64,000 bases of DNA from Octopus vulgaris. Its lineage: Eukaryota. Below, in pieces: positions 26,446 to 39,855 of this stretch. The first letter of the stretch is position 1; every line of letters begins with the position of its first letter. A program made the position numbers and the translations under genes. Under the pieces are notes generated by a model that was not told where the DNA came from, made no database searches, and worked only from the letters and a program-made list of their open reading frames with translations. The stretch is from the NCBI GenBank assembly GCA_951406725.2, contig OX597834.1, positions 32,488,001-32,552,000 of the forward strand, read 5' to 3'.

Positions 26446-26985
26446 ATACACAAACATACATTTAAATATATACTTAATTCGTTTTACAACTGTTTTTCCT
26501 TGCTGGCATGGGTTAGAAATATACATATATGTATACATATTACAGATACACACACACACATATATTACAAATATACACACACATCATATCTTGTGTGTGT
26601 GTATGTGTATTTCCCTGTATATGATCATCAGTTAAACTTTCCACTCCTTCGTTTAATTTTTAAGTCATTATGGCATCCTTGATGTTCATTAAGTTACAAT
26701 TTAACGATGAATGAAGTGGGGGGGGAGTTGGTTGGTGGCGGAGTAGAGGTTGTGGTCATCATAACAGTGGTGGTGATGATGGTGGGGGTGTGTGTTGCTC
26801 TCGTGACAGGACCCAGAACTCATCCCTTTGTTTAATAGGCAGAGCAGGAGGTTGAGATGAGGTGGGATGGGACAGGATGGAATGGGATGGTAGCAGGAAA
26901 TTTAGAAAAAAATATAAGTTTGTGATAGATACTGCAGCCAACATAAGTAGGGGCCGCATCAGTACTCTCCATATTGGTAGTGTCT

Positions 26986-27338
26986 TTAACCCTTTGTGTA
27001 CCCTGGTGTCTTCAACCCTTTGTGTACCCTTTGCCTGCCCAAAGCATTTTTCATAAGTTTGTCCTAAATGTCCAAGCTTGTTTATAGGCTTTTGGTTAAC
27101 CCCTGCTTCATGTGTCCTGATTATTATAAAGCTTCCCTTTTTTTTAAGCCCTAAGTTGCTCTGGTGGTTGAAAAAAATTTAGGAATCGGTGTCATATATG
27201 ATGGACACCAGGGAAATATCTCCTGTGTACCACACGTGGTAAACAGGACAGGCAAAATTAGGAGTCTGATATCATATGTGATGCATGAATGTCAGGGTGA
27301 TATGCCCTGGATATCACATGTGATGGGCAAAGGGTTAA
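26986..27338. mobile_element. piggyBac-like MITE, second family
   Basis: ttaaccctttg...caaagggttaa termini. The interior is homologous to 301-500, where a copy (301-953) is interrupted by a family C element. Confidence 0.68.
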
Positions 27339-28166
27339 ATATTTGGTAGACTGAACATTAAAGCCAGCAAACTATTGTTGGGAGAGGTGAAGACAGAGAG
27401 GTGGAGATAAACAGATAGACTGATAGATAGAAAGAGATGGAGAGGAACAAAGAGACAGAGAGAGTTTTGCGAGTTTATACTTTTGATTAGATTAATTAGA
27501 ATTGCTTCTCATTTATTTTGCTTTTAGTTGTGGTCAAGGCGGTGAAATAGTTTTGAAAGTAAAGCTTCTCTTTGAGGAACAGACTGACATACCGGGAGAC
27601 AGAAAGGTGGATGAGCAGTTTCAAGTTAGAAAACTAGACACAAGTTTCCAGGAAAAGAAGAGTTTCATAACGACAGGCAAATAATTTTTGGGGGAATTTA
27701 TTTTCTATTTTTCACTGTTTCAAAAGAAAAGAAAAGAAAAGAAACCCTGCAGAAACGCAATCGAGGGCCAGCTTGCTGCTCCCTATACTTTCAAAGGATG
27801 CTTATTTTGACAGCTACTGAGACAAGGTCCAGTTAGAGTTGAGTGTCTTGGCTATGGGCAAGATGGCCAAGACATAGCAGTACTGAGAGGACACAACTAT
27901 CAAGCCACTGACCCTTGTACAAATTCATGACAGGATTCAATTATTAAACCACTGGTCAGTATTGTGACCCTCATTTGACACTTGACATGACGCTTAAATG
28001 ACCTTCATACAGATTTGTGACAGGACACAACTATTAACTCATTCATTACCAAATTTCCATTGAAATACATTTTTAATTAGTTTCAAAAATAATAAAGGAA
28101 TTTAGCTGATGTTGAAGACATAAATTAACATGAACTTTTAATAGAAATATTTAATTTAGACCAGTT

Positions 28167-28395
28167 TTAACCCTTTAGCATTCAAACCGGCCATATCCGG
28201 CCAAAAGTATTCTACCTGTTTTATGTTCAAACTGGCTAGATCTGGTCTCTCACACCAACCCCACAATATCGTTTTAAAAATTAACGGCTACCTCATCAAA
28301 ATCTCATAGCTACAAGATAATGCATGATTAGTTTAATACAATGAGGATGTAAAAGCATTAATTTTGGCAGAATAATGAGAACACTAAAGGGTTAA
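28167..28395. mobile_element. piggyBac-like MITE (TTAA-CCCT...AGGG-TTAA)
   Basis: ttaaccctttagc...ctaaagggttaa termini. Homologous pieces at 52911-53070 and 53330-53600. Confidence 0.72.
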
Positions 28396-29035
28396 AACAT
28401 GAAGTCTGTTCTTTAGAACTAAGAGGGTGGTCTTGGGCAGTTTGGTATCAAAAAGGATTAAACCACTAGTAGGTATTCTGGTCCTTACATTAACCCGTGA
28501 CAGGACATGATTTAAATCCCTGGTCAACATAGTGACCATCCTGTTGGTTCAATCAGTTGTAATTCTCTTATAATCCATAAAACAGGACTTTGGGCAAATC
28601 AAAATACATATACACTGTTGATGCTGATGTGGTTGTTTAATCCCAGGTCAATCCGGAGAGAACGGATTTGTACAAAGCAAAGGCTAAAATAGCTGAGACT
28701 AAACTAATCTTTTCTTCTGGAATAGAGTACCTGGAACATCCTCATCCAATATCTTCTTTTAATAAAGCAATAGCATGTAGTTTTAAAGGAGATTTGGTTT
28801 CTAGATTTAGCTGGTCTAGTGACCATGTAGAGGCTCTGCCAATGATTTTAAATATTTGAATCAGTATGTATAAAATTAGAAATTAAAAATTGATTCTATT
28901 TTTCTTGGTAGACAAAATGGGATTTTTTTTAAAGAAATGTAGTCAATTATTTAAAAGACCTTAATATGAGTATTGATGCCAATTATTTCAAGAGAGGATA
29001 AATTTTATTATCATTATCATTATTATTATTTTAAC

Positions 29036-29071
29036 TTTGACAAAAGGTCAGCTTTTTTATAGAGATCAGGG

Positions 29072-29112
<41 letters not shown>

Positions 29113-29171
29113 TTATTATTATTATTATTATTAATCACTGATCTCTATAAAAAAGCTAACCTTTTGTCAAA
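29036..29171. repeat. Palindrome centred on (AAT)n/(ATT)n
   Basis: tttgacaaaaggtcagcttttttatagagatcagggatt(aat)n...(att)n aatcactgatctctataaaaaagctaaccttttgtcaaa, 2 mismatches in the unique arms. Confidence 0.9.
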
Positions 29172-29331
29172 AAAAAAAAAAAATTATCGTTATTACAATT
29201 AATATGAGCATGGCCACATCACCAAAGACTGGGTCTTTGGATACATTGGTAACATTCTTGGCACTAAAATCTGTAAATTTGTGAAGTCCTCTTCCGTTGC
29301 AGGACTTTCCATTGATTATAGTTAGAGGGAA

Positions 29332-29362
<31 letters not shown>

Positions 29363-29933
29363 AGTTAGGATATGAAGAAGAGCTTGCAAGAGAGAGAAGT
29401 GTTAATGTGGTGAAGGCAGGGGTTGTTTTGCCTACTGAACTGAAACCAGTATTAACAGAGGTATTTATTTCACTGACACCCTTCCCTGAACACACACACA
29501 CATACATACATTAGCATATATTATGTTAATGTTGTTCAACTGGATTAATATCTTATCTCGCACACCGGAAGGTGATTTTGCTGAAGAATTCTCTTCTTAA
29601 AAATAATTTTAATAATTAAAATTTTAATTTTATAACACACTCACTTTTATTTACACACACATACATATAGATATTTATACATATTTTCATATATACTCAC
29701 ATATATATATTTATGAAATATATTTTATACATTTAGATAAAATAGTGAATGTATATATACATATATATTTATATGTGTGTGTGTGCACATATTTATACAA
29801 GCACATTACACACACAAAGACTGATGTAGCATTTAGTATTGGGAGGTTCAGGTGGGTTGATAAAAAAAAGGACTAAAACACACGACATTGAATGGAGAAT
29901 AAAGAAAACAAGACACAGACATACATACATAAC

Positions 29934-29970
<37 letters not shown>

Positions 29971-30494
29971 GTGCACACACACATACAGTAATGAATGACA
30001 AGGGAACGAGTTAAATACTCAACTTCATTAGCTTACAGTCGTTTCTGCTGTAGGAAGCAGTGCCACATCCTATAGCTTTCTTGAAATCATTATATATATA
30101 TATATATATGTAGAGAGAGAGAGAAAGAATTAAGAAATAATATTCTTCTTTCAACACATATCCCTGATACATTATCTTTAAAAAAAGAAAAAAGAGTACA
30201 TTATTTATGTGTACTCTATTTTCTATATAAAGTACGTTTTGTTTACTTTTATATTGTAACAGTTCCACACAAAACACTGAGGCTGAAATCATACAAAAAT
30301 ATAAGCCATGGTATGTTTACGCTTTGATTTGTCAACCTCAGAAAGATGAAAAGGCAAAGGAGACTTAGGTGGGATTTGAACTTAAAATGCGATCGAAAAT
30401 ACCACAAGGTATTTTGTCTGTATCTCCACTGGCTCTGCTATACATCTTATACATACATCCACAGATACATACAAACACACATATATGTAAACAA

Positions 30495-30527
<33 letters not shown>

Positions 30528-30624
30528 ACGGGAAAGTTTACGAAAATAAACAAAAGACGAAGGCAGGTGGAGTACATACAAACAAATGTATTAGTATGGC
30601 GCTCAGGAATAGAAATCGAAATAG

Positions 30625-30662
30625 TCTTTTACGTTTCGAGCCTACGCTCTTCGACAGAAAGA
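30625..30662 (-). ncRNA. Variant minimal hammerhead ribozyme motif
   Basis: UCUUU-CUGUCGA-A-GAGC(GUAG)GCUC-GAAA-CG-UA-AAAGA: same architecture with a different but paired helix I. The core deviates (CUGUCGA). Confidence 0.55.
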
Positions 30663-32622
30663 TACACAGAAAAAAACAAGGAGAGAAAAAAGTGCGTGTA
30701 GGAGCTAACGATCTATCATGGCAAATACATACATACATACATATGTATGCACAGACACTTATACATACCTGTATACATACATATATACACAGACATATAC
30801 ATAGATTTGTATATGCAAATGTATACATATAATTATACAGATACATATACATATATTCATACACACACACAGAAAATGAATATTTAAAAATTGTGAGGTT
30901 GGGACTGAGTCAGACAAAGAACGGCAGCAAAAATAATGTTCCTGTAATTCTGTGATTGGTGGAAATGAAAAGCAAGAAAAACAAGGAACTACAAAATACC
31001 AAGAACTCCACCTATTCAATGCGACTTTCCCAGAGATTCTGTCTGGCCCAGTTCCACTCACATGACTTGGGTCAGCTGAGTGCCAGAGTCAAAGCACATT
31101 CACCAAAGGTGCAGCACATTGGGATTGAACTTGGAACCATAGGACTTAAAAGTGAACTTTTTAAGCACACTTCTATACCTGTACTTATGTATAATTTTAT
31201 GATGTATAAACAGTTACTTACATAGAGATATAATATACACACACACACACACAAATATAACAACACATATACAGCGATTAGGCAAAAAAACCTTCCAGAT
31301 TCACCATTCTAAGACATGTAAAATATTGGAGGTTTTTATGCCACACCTTGTATATATATATATATACACACACACGTATATAATCTGTGCGTATGTATAT
31401 ATATATACACGCACACACAGAGATACCTTTTAACTTGTTTTGGTCACCGGACACTGCCTTGAAGGGTTTTAGTCAAACAAATTGACCCCTTTACTTATTT
31501 TTTTTAAAGCCTAGAACTTATTCTATCGATATCTTTTGCTGAACTTCTAAGTTATGGAGATGTAAACAAACCAATACTGGTTGTGAAGCAGTAGGTGGGG
31601 GACAAACACACACACAGGTATATATATATATATATATACAGACTTTGTTCGGTCTCTCTCTACCAAATCCACTCACAAGGCTTTGGGCTATAGTAGAAGA
31701 TACTTGCCCAAGGTGCCACGCAGTGGGACTGAACTCGGAACCATGTGGTTGGGAAGCAAGCTTCTTACCACATAACCAAACATGTACCTATATACAATGT
31801 ACATATGTGTGTGTGTATATATATACACATATATATATGTATTTATATTCACATGTATACAATGGAAGCCACTTATAACAAATGTGGATAATGTTATCAA
31901 ATGGTTAATATCATCAAGATTAATGGGTCCCAAACACGATCAAAATAGTTATATCCTGTTTAATATTATCAACTATTCATCACAATTCAAAAGGATTCAT
32001 CCTAAATAGATAATAATAACCAGCTTATGCACAATTTCTGTTTCCCACATATATATATATATATATAAGAACTATTAATGTTATCATTATTAGTTTTTTT
32101 TTCCCTGGTTTAAACCCCCACCTACTTTCACTTACAAAAACCAAAATAAAATGGGTTTTTTTTCAAATCTGCTGAAAGGTCAGTGAAGAATGTAGTTGCC
32201 AAAAAAAAAGCATGGAGTAGCAAGAGGAAGGCCACTGGAGGGTGAGGGTGGGGGGATGGCCAAGTAGTGTAGAGAGTTAGGGAGAGTTAGAGAGTTGGCA
32301 ATTGGTTTATGGCAGTAGGGGTGGGGAAACAGTTGTATCTATGTTATTTGGAGACAGTTCCAGTTAGAAAAGTGCAAAGGTATATTAAGGAGTTCTGCAA
32401 ATATGGTGAAGGAACCAATGAAATCATTTGGTCACAACTGCTATTAATTTTCTATTATTATTATTATTATTATTATTATTACTAAAAGTATTTAAAAAAC
32501 CTAACATGGTCAACTTTGCTTTTCATCCTTCTGGAATAAAGTACCAAACATATACTAGGGTCCATAACATCAACTAACCCTTTTCTCTGAAAATTGCTGG
32601 CCTTGAGCCAAAATTTAAAACA

Positions 32623-32658
<36 letters not shown>

Positions 32659-34204
32659 ACAGAGCTGTTAGAACATAGGGGGGAAATGCTTACAAGCGTT
32701 TCTTGCAACTCATTACCTTCTGTGTTCAAATTCCACCAATGTCACCTTTATCTTTCATTTCTCTGGGGTCAACGAAATAAATAAAGTACCAGTCAAATAC
32801 TGAGGCTAATGCAATCAACTTGCCCCTCCTCTCAAAAGTATGAAAATTAGAAACAATAATGGTTATTATTTTCCCCATTACCTCCAAAATCTAGTGTAAG
32901 GAGGATTTAGGTTAAGGGTAATAAATGTTTTCAAAGAGGAGCTAAACTGTTGGCGCCAGTCTACTCTCCAGGAATGGTTGGCTGTTGGTTTCTTTGCAAG
33001 AAATTCTTTGGCCTTTGATCAATTTCAGTTATAATCACCAGGTATTCTGGGTGAAGAAGTGGGGAGGGGTAATGATTTTAGTTGCTCAAAATGAACAAAA
33101 TATTGAGTTACATGGTACCAATAGCTGGCATAACCTGACTTCATGCCTCAGTTAATGAACGTGTGTTTGTATGTGTCTTTGAAGAAACGGTCTGGTTGTG
33201 TTATTTTATTACGTAATATGTTAATAAGCAAATAAATGACCATTCTCTGGAAACATATGTAACATAAATGAACAATTATCTCCATTCATATTCATTTTTT
33301 CTTTATATATCATCATCATCATTATATATATATATATGTGTGTGTGTGTGTTGTGTGTGGAACCAAATTCTGCTGAGCTTCTACTGTAACACTAAGGCAA
33401 GAATATGTCAAAAGTTTGTAAGAATTTTTTAATTGTTGCTATTTCAGACATAATGTGACTGTGAATGCAATTCCTAAGACAACCAACTATATCTTGGTAC
33501 TGACACAAAACAATTTCTTTCAATATTCTTCGTTTTTTTTAATAATTTTATAATTTTTATTACTAGTTAATACCATGTATTCTTAGGAAATGGCAGCAAA
33601 GAGTAGGATAAGATGGAAAGGAGGTTGTAATTCTATATAGAAAGCAACATCATGGCACCTCAGAGTGCCATATAGAAAGACGAGCAATAGGGCCATGGTG
33701 GCACTTATAGTGATAGGCAAAAGTGGGAGGTAGTGGGGGTAGGAGTTGAAACACCAAGAATTAAGAACAGCCCAGCTAGGATCTCTTCCTTATGACTAAG
33801 AAAGAATGAGAAAATATCATTTTCAGGCATAGTCTATCTAGGACTACATTATCCTATGTGCCCTTCTGTTTTTTTTTTTTATATTTTGAGTTTTTTTTTA
33901 AGAAGTTGGGATGTAATTTGAAGATTTGGCTACTATTTCTAGCAGGCCAAGAGACTTCATAGAGGTCTCCCATTTTGGTTCGTTAAAGAAAGAAGTAAAG
34001 TTTTTTAATTGATGTTCACGTTGATGAAGTTTTGTTAGTTCACATAATCCTCCCAAGGATCTGGAGAGGATGATAGGTGACCATCCACAGTGACACATCA
34101 TACCTTGTATTATGGCTCTATTAAGACTGATTGGTTATTGAAATCTCAAAGACTATGTGTGTGTGTATGTGTGTGTTAGGGGGGCATTGAACATCACATT
34201 TACT

Positions 34205-34692
34205 TATGGAACAGTCCATTATGTGAAAAGGGGATTATGACAAGTTGCATGGAACAGTCCATTATAAGGAATGGTTATTACAACAACTGTGTGGATCATT
34301 CCAAGGAAGAAAAGGTAATTCAAGAATCTGTATGGATATGGAGCAGTCCATTAAGTGAAGTGTTAAACAAGAAGTTATATGGAACAGTCTGTTAAAGGAA
34401 GTACTGTACAAGAAGCTATATGGAACAGTCCATTAAAGGAAGTGTTATACAAGAAGCTAAATAGAATAGTCCATTAAAGGAAGAGTCATACAAGAAACTA
34501 GATGGAAAAGTCCATGTGAAAAAAATAAAAGGTTATGCAAGTTATACAGGAAACTGTATGGATTAGTCCATAAAAGGAAGCAATTATTATTACAAGATGC
34601 TGTGTGGAAGAGTCCAAAGAAACAAAGGGGGTGTATAAGAAATGGTATGGAACAGGTCAAGAAGGAAAAAAAAGCCATATGGAAGAGTCCAA
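34205..34692. repeat. Diverged minisatellite, ~39-44-bp unit (tggaacagtccattaaaggaagtgttatacaagaagcta)
   Basis: About 12 recurrences of tggaacagtcca-like motifs at regular spacing. Confidence 0.82.
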
Positions 34693-35396
34693 AAATATTT
34701 AATATGATGTAGTTGATAAAAGTTAGTTGCTATTGGTGACAGATGTAGGATAAAAATTGTTTACTTTTTATATCATATATAATATATATATATATTTTTA
34801 AATATATTCCAGCAGGTGTTTTATCAAGATTAGGTGGCTTTAGATTAAGTAGGACTAACTCAATATTAGTCCTAGAATTATTTACAATTGGGATATACAA
34901 CTGTGTGTTTATGTGTATAGAGAGTGTGTATGTGTGTGTGTCTGTTCAAGTCATATAGAGATTAAAGTATAGAAATATAGAAATATCTAGAAAATTGTTT
35001 TTCTTCCCTCAAAATCTAATGGCGCTTTAGTTGATTACATCATCATCATCACCACCACAATCATTATCATCATCATCACATTCATAATGTTTTCTTCCAC
35101 GCTTTTCCCACAAGTTGGACGGGTCTCTCCTTCAAGCCACCAAAGTCTCGCTACTTGGCACACCACATCAACACATACAAGCAACCCTTTGTAATTTCCT
35201 TCCTGAAGAAGTTCAGGCATCCTTTGTGGATCAACTTCCACAACTTCTTATTCTTTATTGTTCCTCACTCTTTCACAGGTTCCTTCCACTCTGATCACAG
35301 GGCACATCTTCCCCCATCTTCCATAACAAATGACGCCTGAAGGACTTCCACAGGAGAGAAACAGGTCTATATGTAAAGTATTTAAATTTCAAACTA

Positions 35397-35428
<32 letters not shown>

Positions 35429-36944
35429 CCATATGAATATGTATATAGTTGCTATACCCAGGTTAGTAACTTATGTCAAATAATCCAGTAATGTTACATA
35501 TAAAGGTTACATCTCTCTGGAGATTTGACAATGCATGTTGATTATGTAATAAATATTCATTGTTAATGAAACATGTGTAAGATAACATTACTAAATATCT
35601 TATAAACAACTCCCTCATGTTATATATATATATATATGGAGAGAGAGTGAGAGAGAGAGAGAGAAAGGGAGAGAAAGAGAGAGTGAGTGTGTGAAAGAGG
35701 GATAAACATTGTTTCAAGGTATATGTCTTCTGTTGCTTTCATCATGTACAATGAAGATTGGAAGAGAGAAAGAGGCAGTGAGGGAGGCAGAATGTTCAAG
35801 TATCAGTACAGGTAGTGGGGGTGGTGTGTGTGTGGTGGGGAGGGGGAATAATCGAGTGTGGTGATGGAGGAAAATATGTTTAATGACTGATGTAGATGGC
35901 GGCAGCGGCGGTGGTGGTGGTGATGGTGTCAAGAGAAAGAGAGTATGGAGTTACAAAATATGAAGAGTGTCAACACTAACTCTCTAAAAAAAGGAAACAA
36001 AAAAACAAAAAAAAACAAAAACAAAACACAAAGTCTGAGGTGAGAAGGAAGAAGAAGGGTGACTCCACAGTCCTGCCGCAGGCACACCTGTCCTGGAACA
36101 GGGGTAGGATAAAATTCACCCTGCTTGTGGCAAGGTCCTGCAGGACTGACTGTCTGACCCATGCCAGCATGGGGGGGAAGAAAAAGGAAAACGAAAACAC
36201 AGATGATGATCTTGATGATTATGATGATGATGATGATGATGATGGTTATGATGACAATGCCGATAATAATGAGGAGGATGGGAGTCGAAGTGGAAGCTGG
36301 CCAAATATTTAGATGTCTTTGAGAAACATTGTAAATATGTCTGTGTGTGCATGCGTGTGTGTGTGTATCTGTGTGTGTGTGGTGACGGAAAGATGGATAT
36401 ATTAAAGAACTGGTTGTTTAACTGAAATACCTGTGCGGGTGGGGAGTGGGGTAGTATGGAGGTACAGGGCAGGGTCACCAATGTTGGAATTTTGAGTGAT
36501 TACCAATAGTCTTCTAGCAAGATAAATGGAATGTGGGTGTGTGGGGAGAGAGAGAGAGAGGTGTATCTGGGGGAACCAATAAGATACAAAGTGAGAAGAT
36601 GAGAGGTGGATCTGGTAGGAGGGGATGGGGAGGATAACCAATTGGATTCAGTCTCAGACTGCATTCTGGTTTATTCGAGAATATTCACGAATCAATCAAA
36701 AGGTTTTATTTGGTAAGTGTCATGGCTGGAAGGGTTCAGTCTGAGTTGACTAGAGAAGCTGTACAATGCAGGGCAGGAAGGGGTAGGGGGTTTGGGGTGG
36801 TGTACAAAAACCAGAGGTGAAACTGTCCAGGCAGGTTCCCACAAGGGAAACAGGGGTAAAAAGCGGGGCCAGGTTGTTAAAGACAACAGAAGTGGCGTAA
36901 ACCTGTCGAAGGCTGAGGGTTTGTCCCCCAAGCTTGTTCAAGGA

Positions 36945-37435
36945 AGAAAAGTGAACTGATTGAATCAAGTGAACGGATCACAGGTGCACTAATCATGGAA
37001 GGTTGACTGATTAAAGGAAAACTGAGTGTTGAAAGTGAACAGGTAAAAGGTGAAACTGATTGATAAAGGTGAACAGATCAAAAGGTGAAGTGGTTGAAGA
37101 AAGTGAACAGATTAAAAGATCAAGTGATCAAAGAAGGTGAATGGGTGAAGTGAATAAAGAAGGTGAACAGGAAAAAAGGTGAAGTGATCAAAGGTGAATG
37201 GGTGAAGTGAATAAAGAAGGTGAACAGGAAAAAAGGTGAAGTGATCAAAGGTGAATGGGCGAAGTGAACGAAGAAGGTGAACAGGTGAAGTGAACAAAGA
37301 AGATGAATGTGTAAAAAAAGTGAACAGGTAAAAAGGGTGAAGTGAACAGGCTGAAAAATAGTGAACAGGTAAAGGATGGAGTGATCAAAGAAGGTGAACG
37401 CATTGGAAAAGGTGAACATATCATAGGTTGAACTG
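36945..37435. repeat. Purine-rich degenerate repeat (aaggtgaa/gtgaacag) with an exact ~59-bp higher-order duplication
   Basis: aaggtgaatgggtgaagtgaataaagaaggtgaacaggaaaaaaggtgaagtgatca is repeated at about 37133 and 37190, with partial copies around it. Confidence 0.82.
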
Positions 37436-37749
37436 ATGGAAACTAAATTTGGCAAGAAAATGACACGACATATAAAAAAGCTCATTGCAGTGTTGTAATA
37501 AACGAACATCAGAGAATCTCAGGTAAAAATATCATTATTCCAAAGACAAAGAGAAAGGTTTAAAAAGAGAAAAAAGATACCAAAATACAGGTTAATAAGA
37601 AATAAAAACGAACAACAGCAAAAATAAATATCACAAAAGATATGTAAAATTTTGGTTTTTTTAGGAGGGTTTAAGAGTTTTTTTTTATTGTACCGCGACA
37701 TGAATTCTCTTGTGTATTGGTCACCATTGCAGTAGGGGTGGTGGGTGGA

Positions 37750-38465
37750 GGTTGTGACAGGATCTTGTTACATAGTTATCATTATTTTTTTTTAATGAGG
37801 GTTAGGGTTATTATTTCAATGAAGGTGTCACAGTGTTGTTACATATCTGTAACCACTGAAGGCAGGGGTGACATTTTTAAAAAATTATTATTTAAAAAAA
37901 AAAGAAGTGTGACAGGACTATGTTACACAATGATGTGACAGCACTTTGTTACATATGGATCATAATACCAGCCAGATGTCACAGCACCTTGTTACATAAT
38001 AATCACTATTTTGGAGGAGTAGGACAGCATGTTGATATATGGTGATCACAATTTCAGAGGGATGTGACATCACATTGTTACATACTGATTCAGGTGTGAC
38101 AGGATCTTGTTACATATTAATGTAACAAGAGCTTGACAGGTCCTGTTACAAATTTATCCTTATTTCAAAAGGAGTGTAACAAGAACTTGCAAAAATTTAT
38201 CACCATTACTGAAGAGTGTAACAGGGCTCAAGTTACATCTTATAATTATTTCACAGAACTGTAACAGGGCCGAGTTACATGTTTATTGTTTATTTCAGAT
38301 GAGTAACACAGGGCTTTGTTATATATATCACTATTTCAGAAGGATGTGACAGGGTTTTGTTACATTTCTATCTGTATTTCGAAAGGGTGCATGCAACATG
38401 GGAGCTTGTCACATTACATATCAGGTCCCTATTCCAGAGATAAGTGATAGAACCTTGTTACATAG
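37750..38465. repeat. Diverged minisatellite, ~43-bp period, about 16 units with palindromic core TGTRACA-N6-TGTTACA
   Basis: Units such as tgtgacaggatcttgttacat, tgtgacagcactttgttacat, tgtcacagcaccttgttacat and tgtgacagggttttgttacat, separated by variable ~20-nt linkers. Confidence 0.82.
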
Positions 38466-38584
38466 GTCCAGTTTTTGATGACCAAATTAGAAAAGAGGTT
38501 GCACTGAGAGGGAGAGAGACAGACTGACAGAGAAAGAGAAAGAGAGAGAGAGCCTAATTATCAGGACAATGCCAATTCTTCATG

Positions 38585-38835
38585 GCCAATGTTGCACTTA
38601 AAAAAAAGATATTTTACTTCATATTCCATCATTCAAGACAGACCAAAATCTTCACCAAACAAGACTCAGCCTTGTTTCTCAACCTCCACCCCACCCCAAA
38701 AACAAAAACAAAAAAAAAAAGAAGTTTTTTTAAAGTCCAATGTTGCACTCAATAAAGATTATTTGGAGTTTTCATATTCCATTCATGACAGGCCAAAATC
38801 TTCATCATCAGACAAGACCCGGTCTTTGTTTCACA
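38585..38835. repeat. Diverged direct duplication (~150-bp period)
   Basis: ccaatgttgcact...ttcatattcca...gacagRccaaaatcttca...caagac occurs twice. Confidence 0.75.
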
Positions 38836-39664
38836 AAGAAAAACAAACAACACTCCAAAAGTGTCTTTTTCAAATAATCCTGTTCTTTGACACATCACAC
38901 TCTACAACAGCTTCACTCACTCAAGTGACACTCAACTTCAGCTTGTCTCAGATGCACAAGTAACACTTAGAGAAAATAAAAAAAAAATTTAAAAAAGTAA
39001 AATAAAGTAAAAAAAAAAAACTATTTACATATTCCACATGGAATAAGGAAAAAAATAATTTAAAAAAATGAAGGTTCCTCCATTTGGTTTCTCTATTTCA
39101 ACACCGGTTTCTTAGAAATATCCAAGAGTCTACACAAGTCACCAAGAATTGTGTATACACAAGTATGTGTCATGTGTGTCTGTGTGTGAGTATGAGCTGT
39201 GTATCTGAGGATCTTGGTTAATATACATATACTTTATTGTGTTTACATACTCTCTCTCACACACACACACATATCAAACATGCCTACTTACATACATACA
39301 TTATATATATGCATATACATACATGTGCATGCACACATACAAATACAGAGATATGCGCATATCTCCCAATAACATTTCTTTTCTATAGTATATATAAACA
39401 CACAAACATACACACACATATATATATATACACACTTACATAGACATGTGTACACACAGTCACTTCACATACATATGCATACAAATGCATGTAGGTAAAT
39501 ATATAATACATATATGTGTGTGTATGTGTGTGCATGTGTGTGTGTGTAAAAATATTAAATTTATATAAAAAAAAATGCCTTTTAGTAAAAATCTTTGGAA
39601 TCATTTCAGGAGGAAGAAAAAATACAGAAAAAATGTTTTCATTGTTTAAATAAGTGAGGTGAAT

Positions 39665-39696
<32 letters not shown>

Positions 39697-39824
39697 ATAT
39701 AAAATGAATGTTGTTATATGAAAAGAAAAAAAGGAAAAGGTCTGTAGGAAGAGAAACTCAACATAATTAAATTTCATCAAGATATATATATATATATATA
39801 TATATATATCTATGGGTGTGAGTG

Positions 39825-39855
<31 letters not shown>

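Noticed and set aside
32040-32048. Su(H)/CSL sites (TTCCCAC here, GTGGGAA near 52496) implying Notch regulation
   Set aside because: Isolated 7-mers at about chance frequency, with no paired-site arrangement.
37750-38465. CRISPR array (palindromic repeats with variable spacers)
   Set aside because: Eukaryotic context, no cas genes, repeats too degenerate and linkers related to one another. Treated as a minisatellite.
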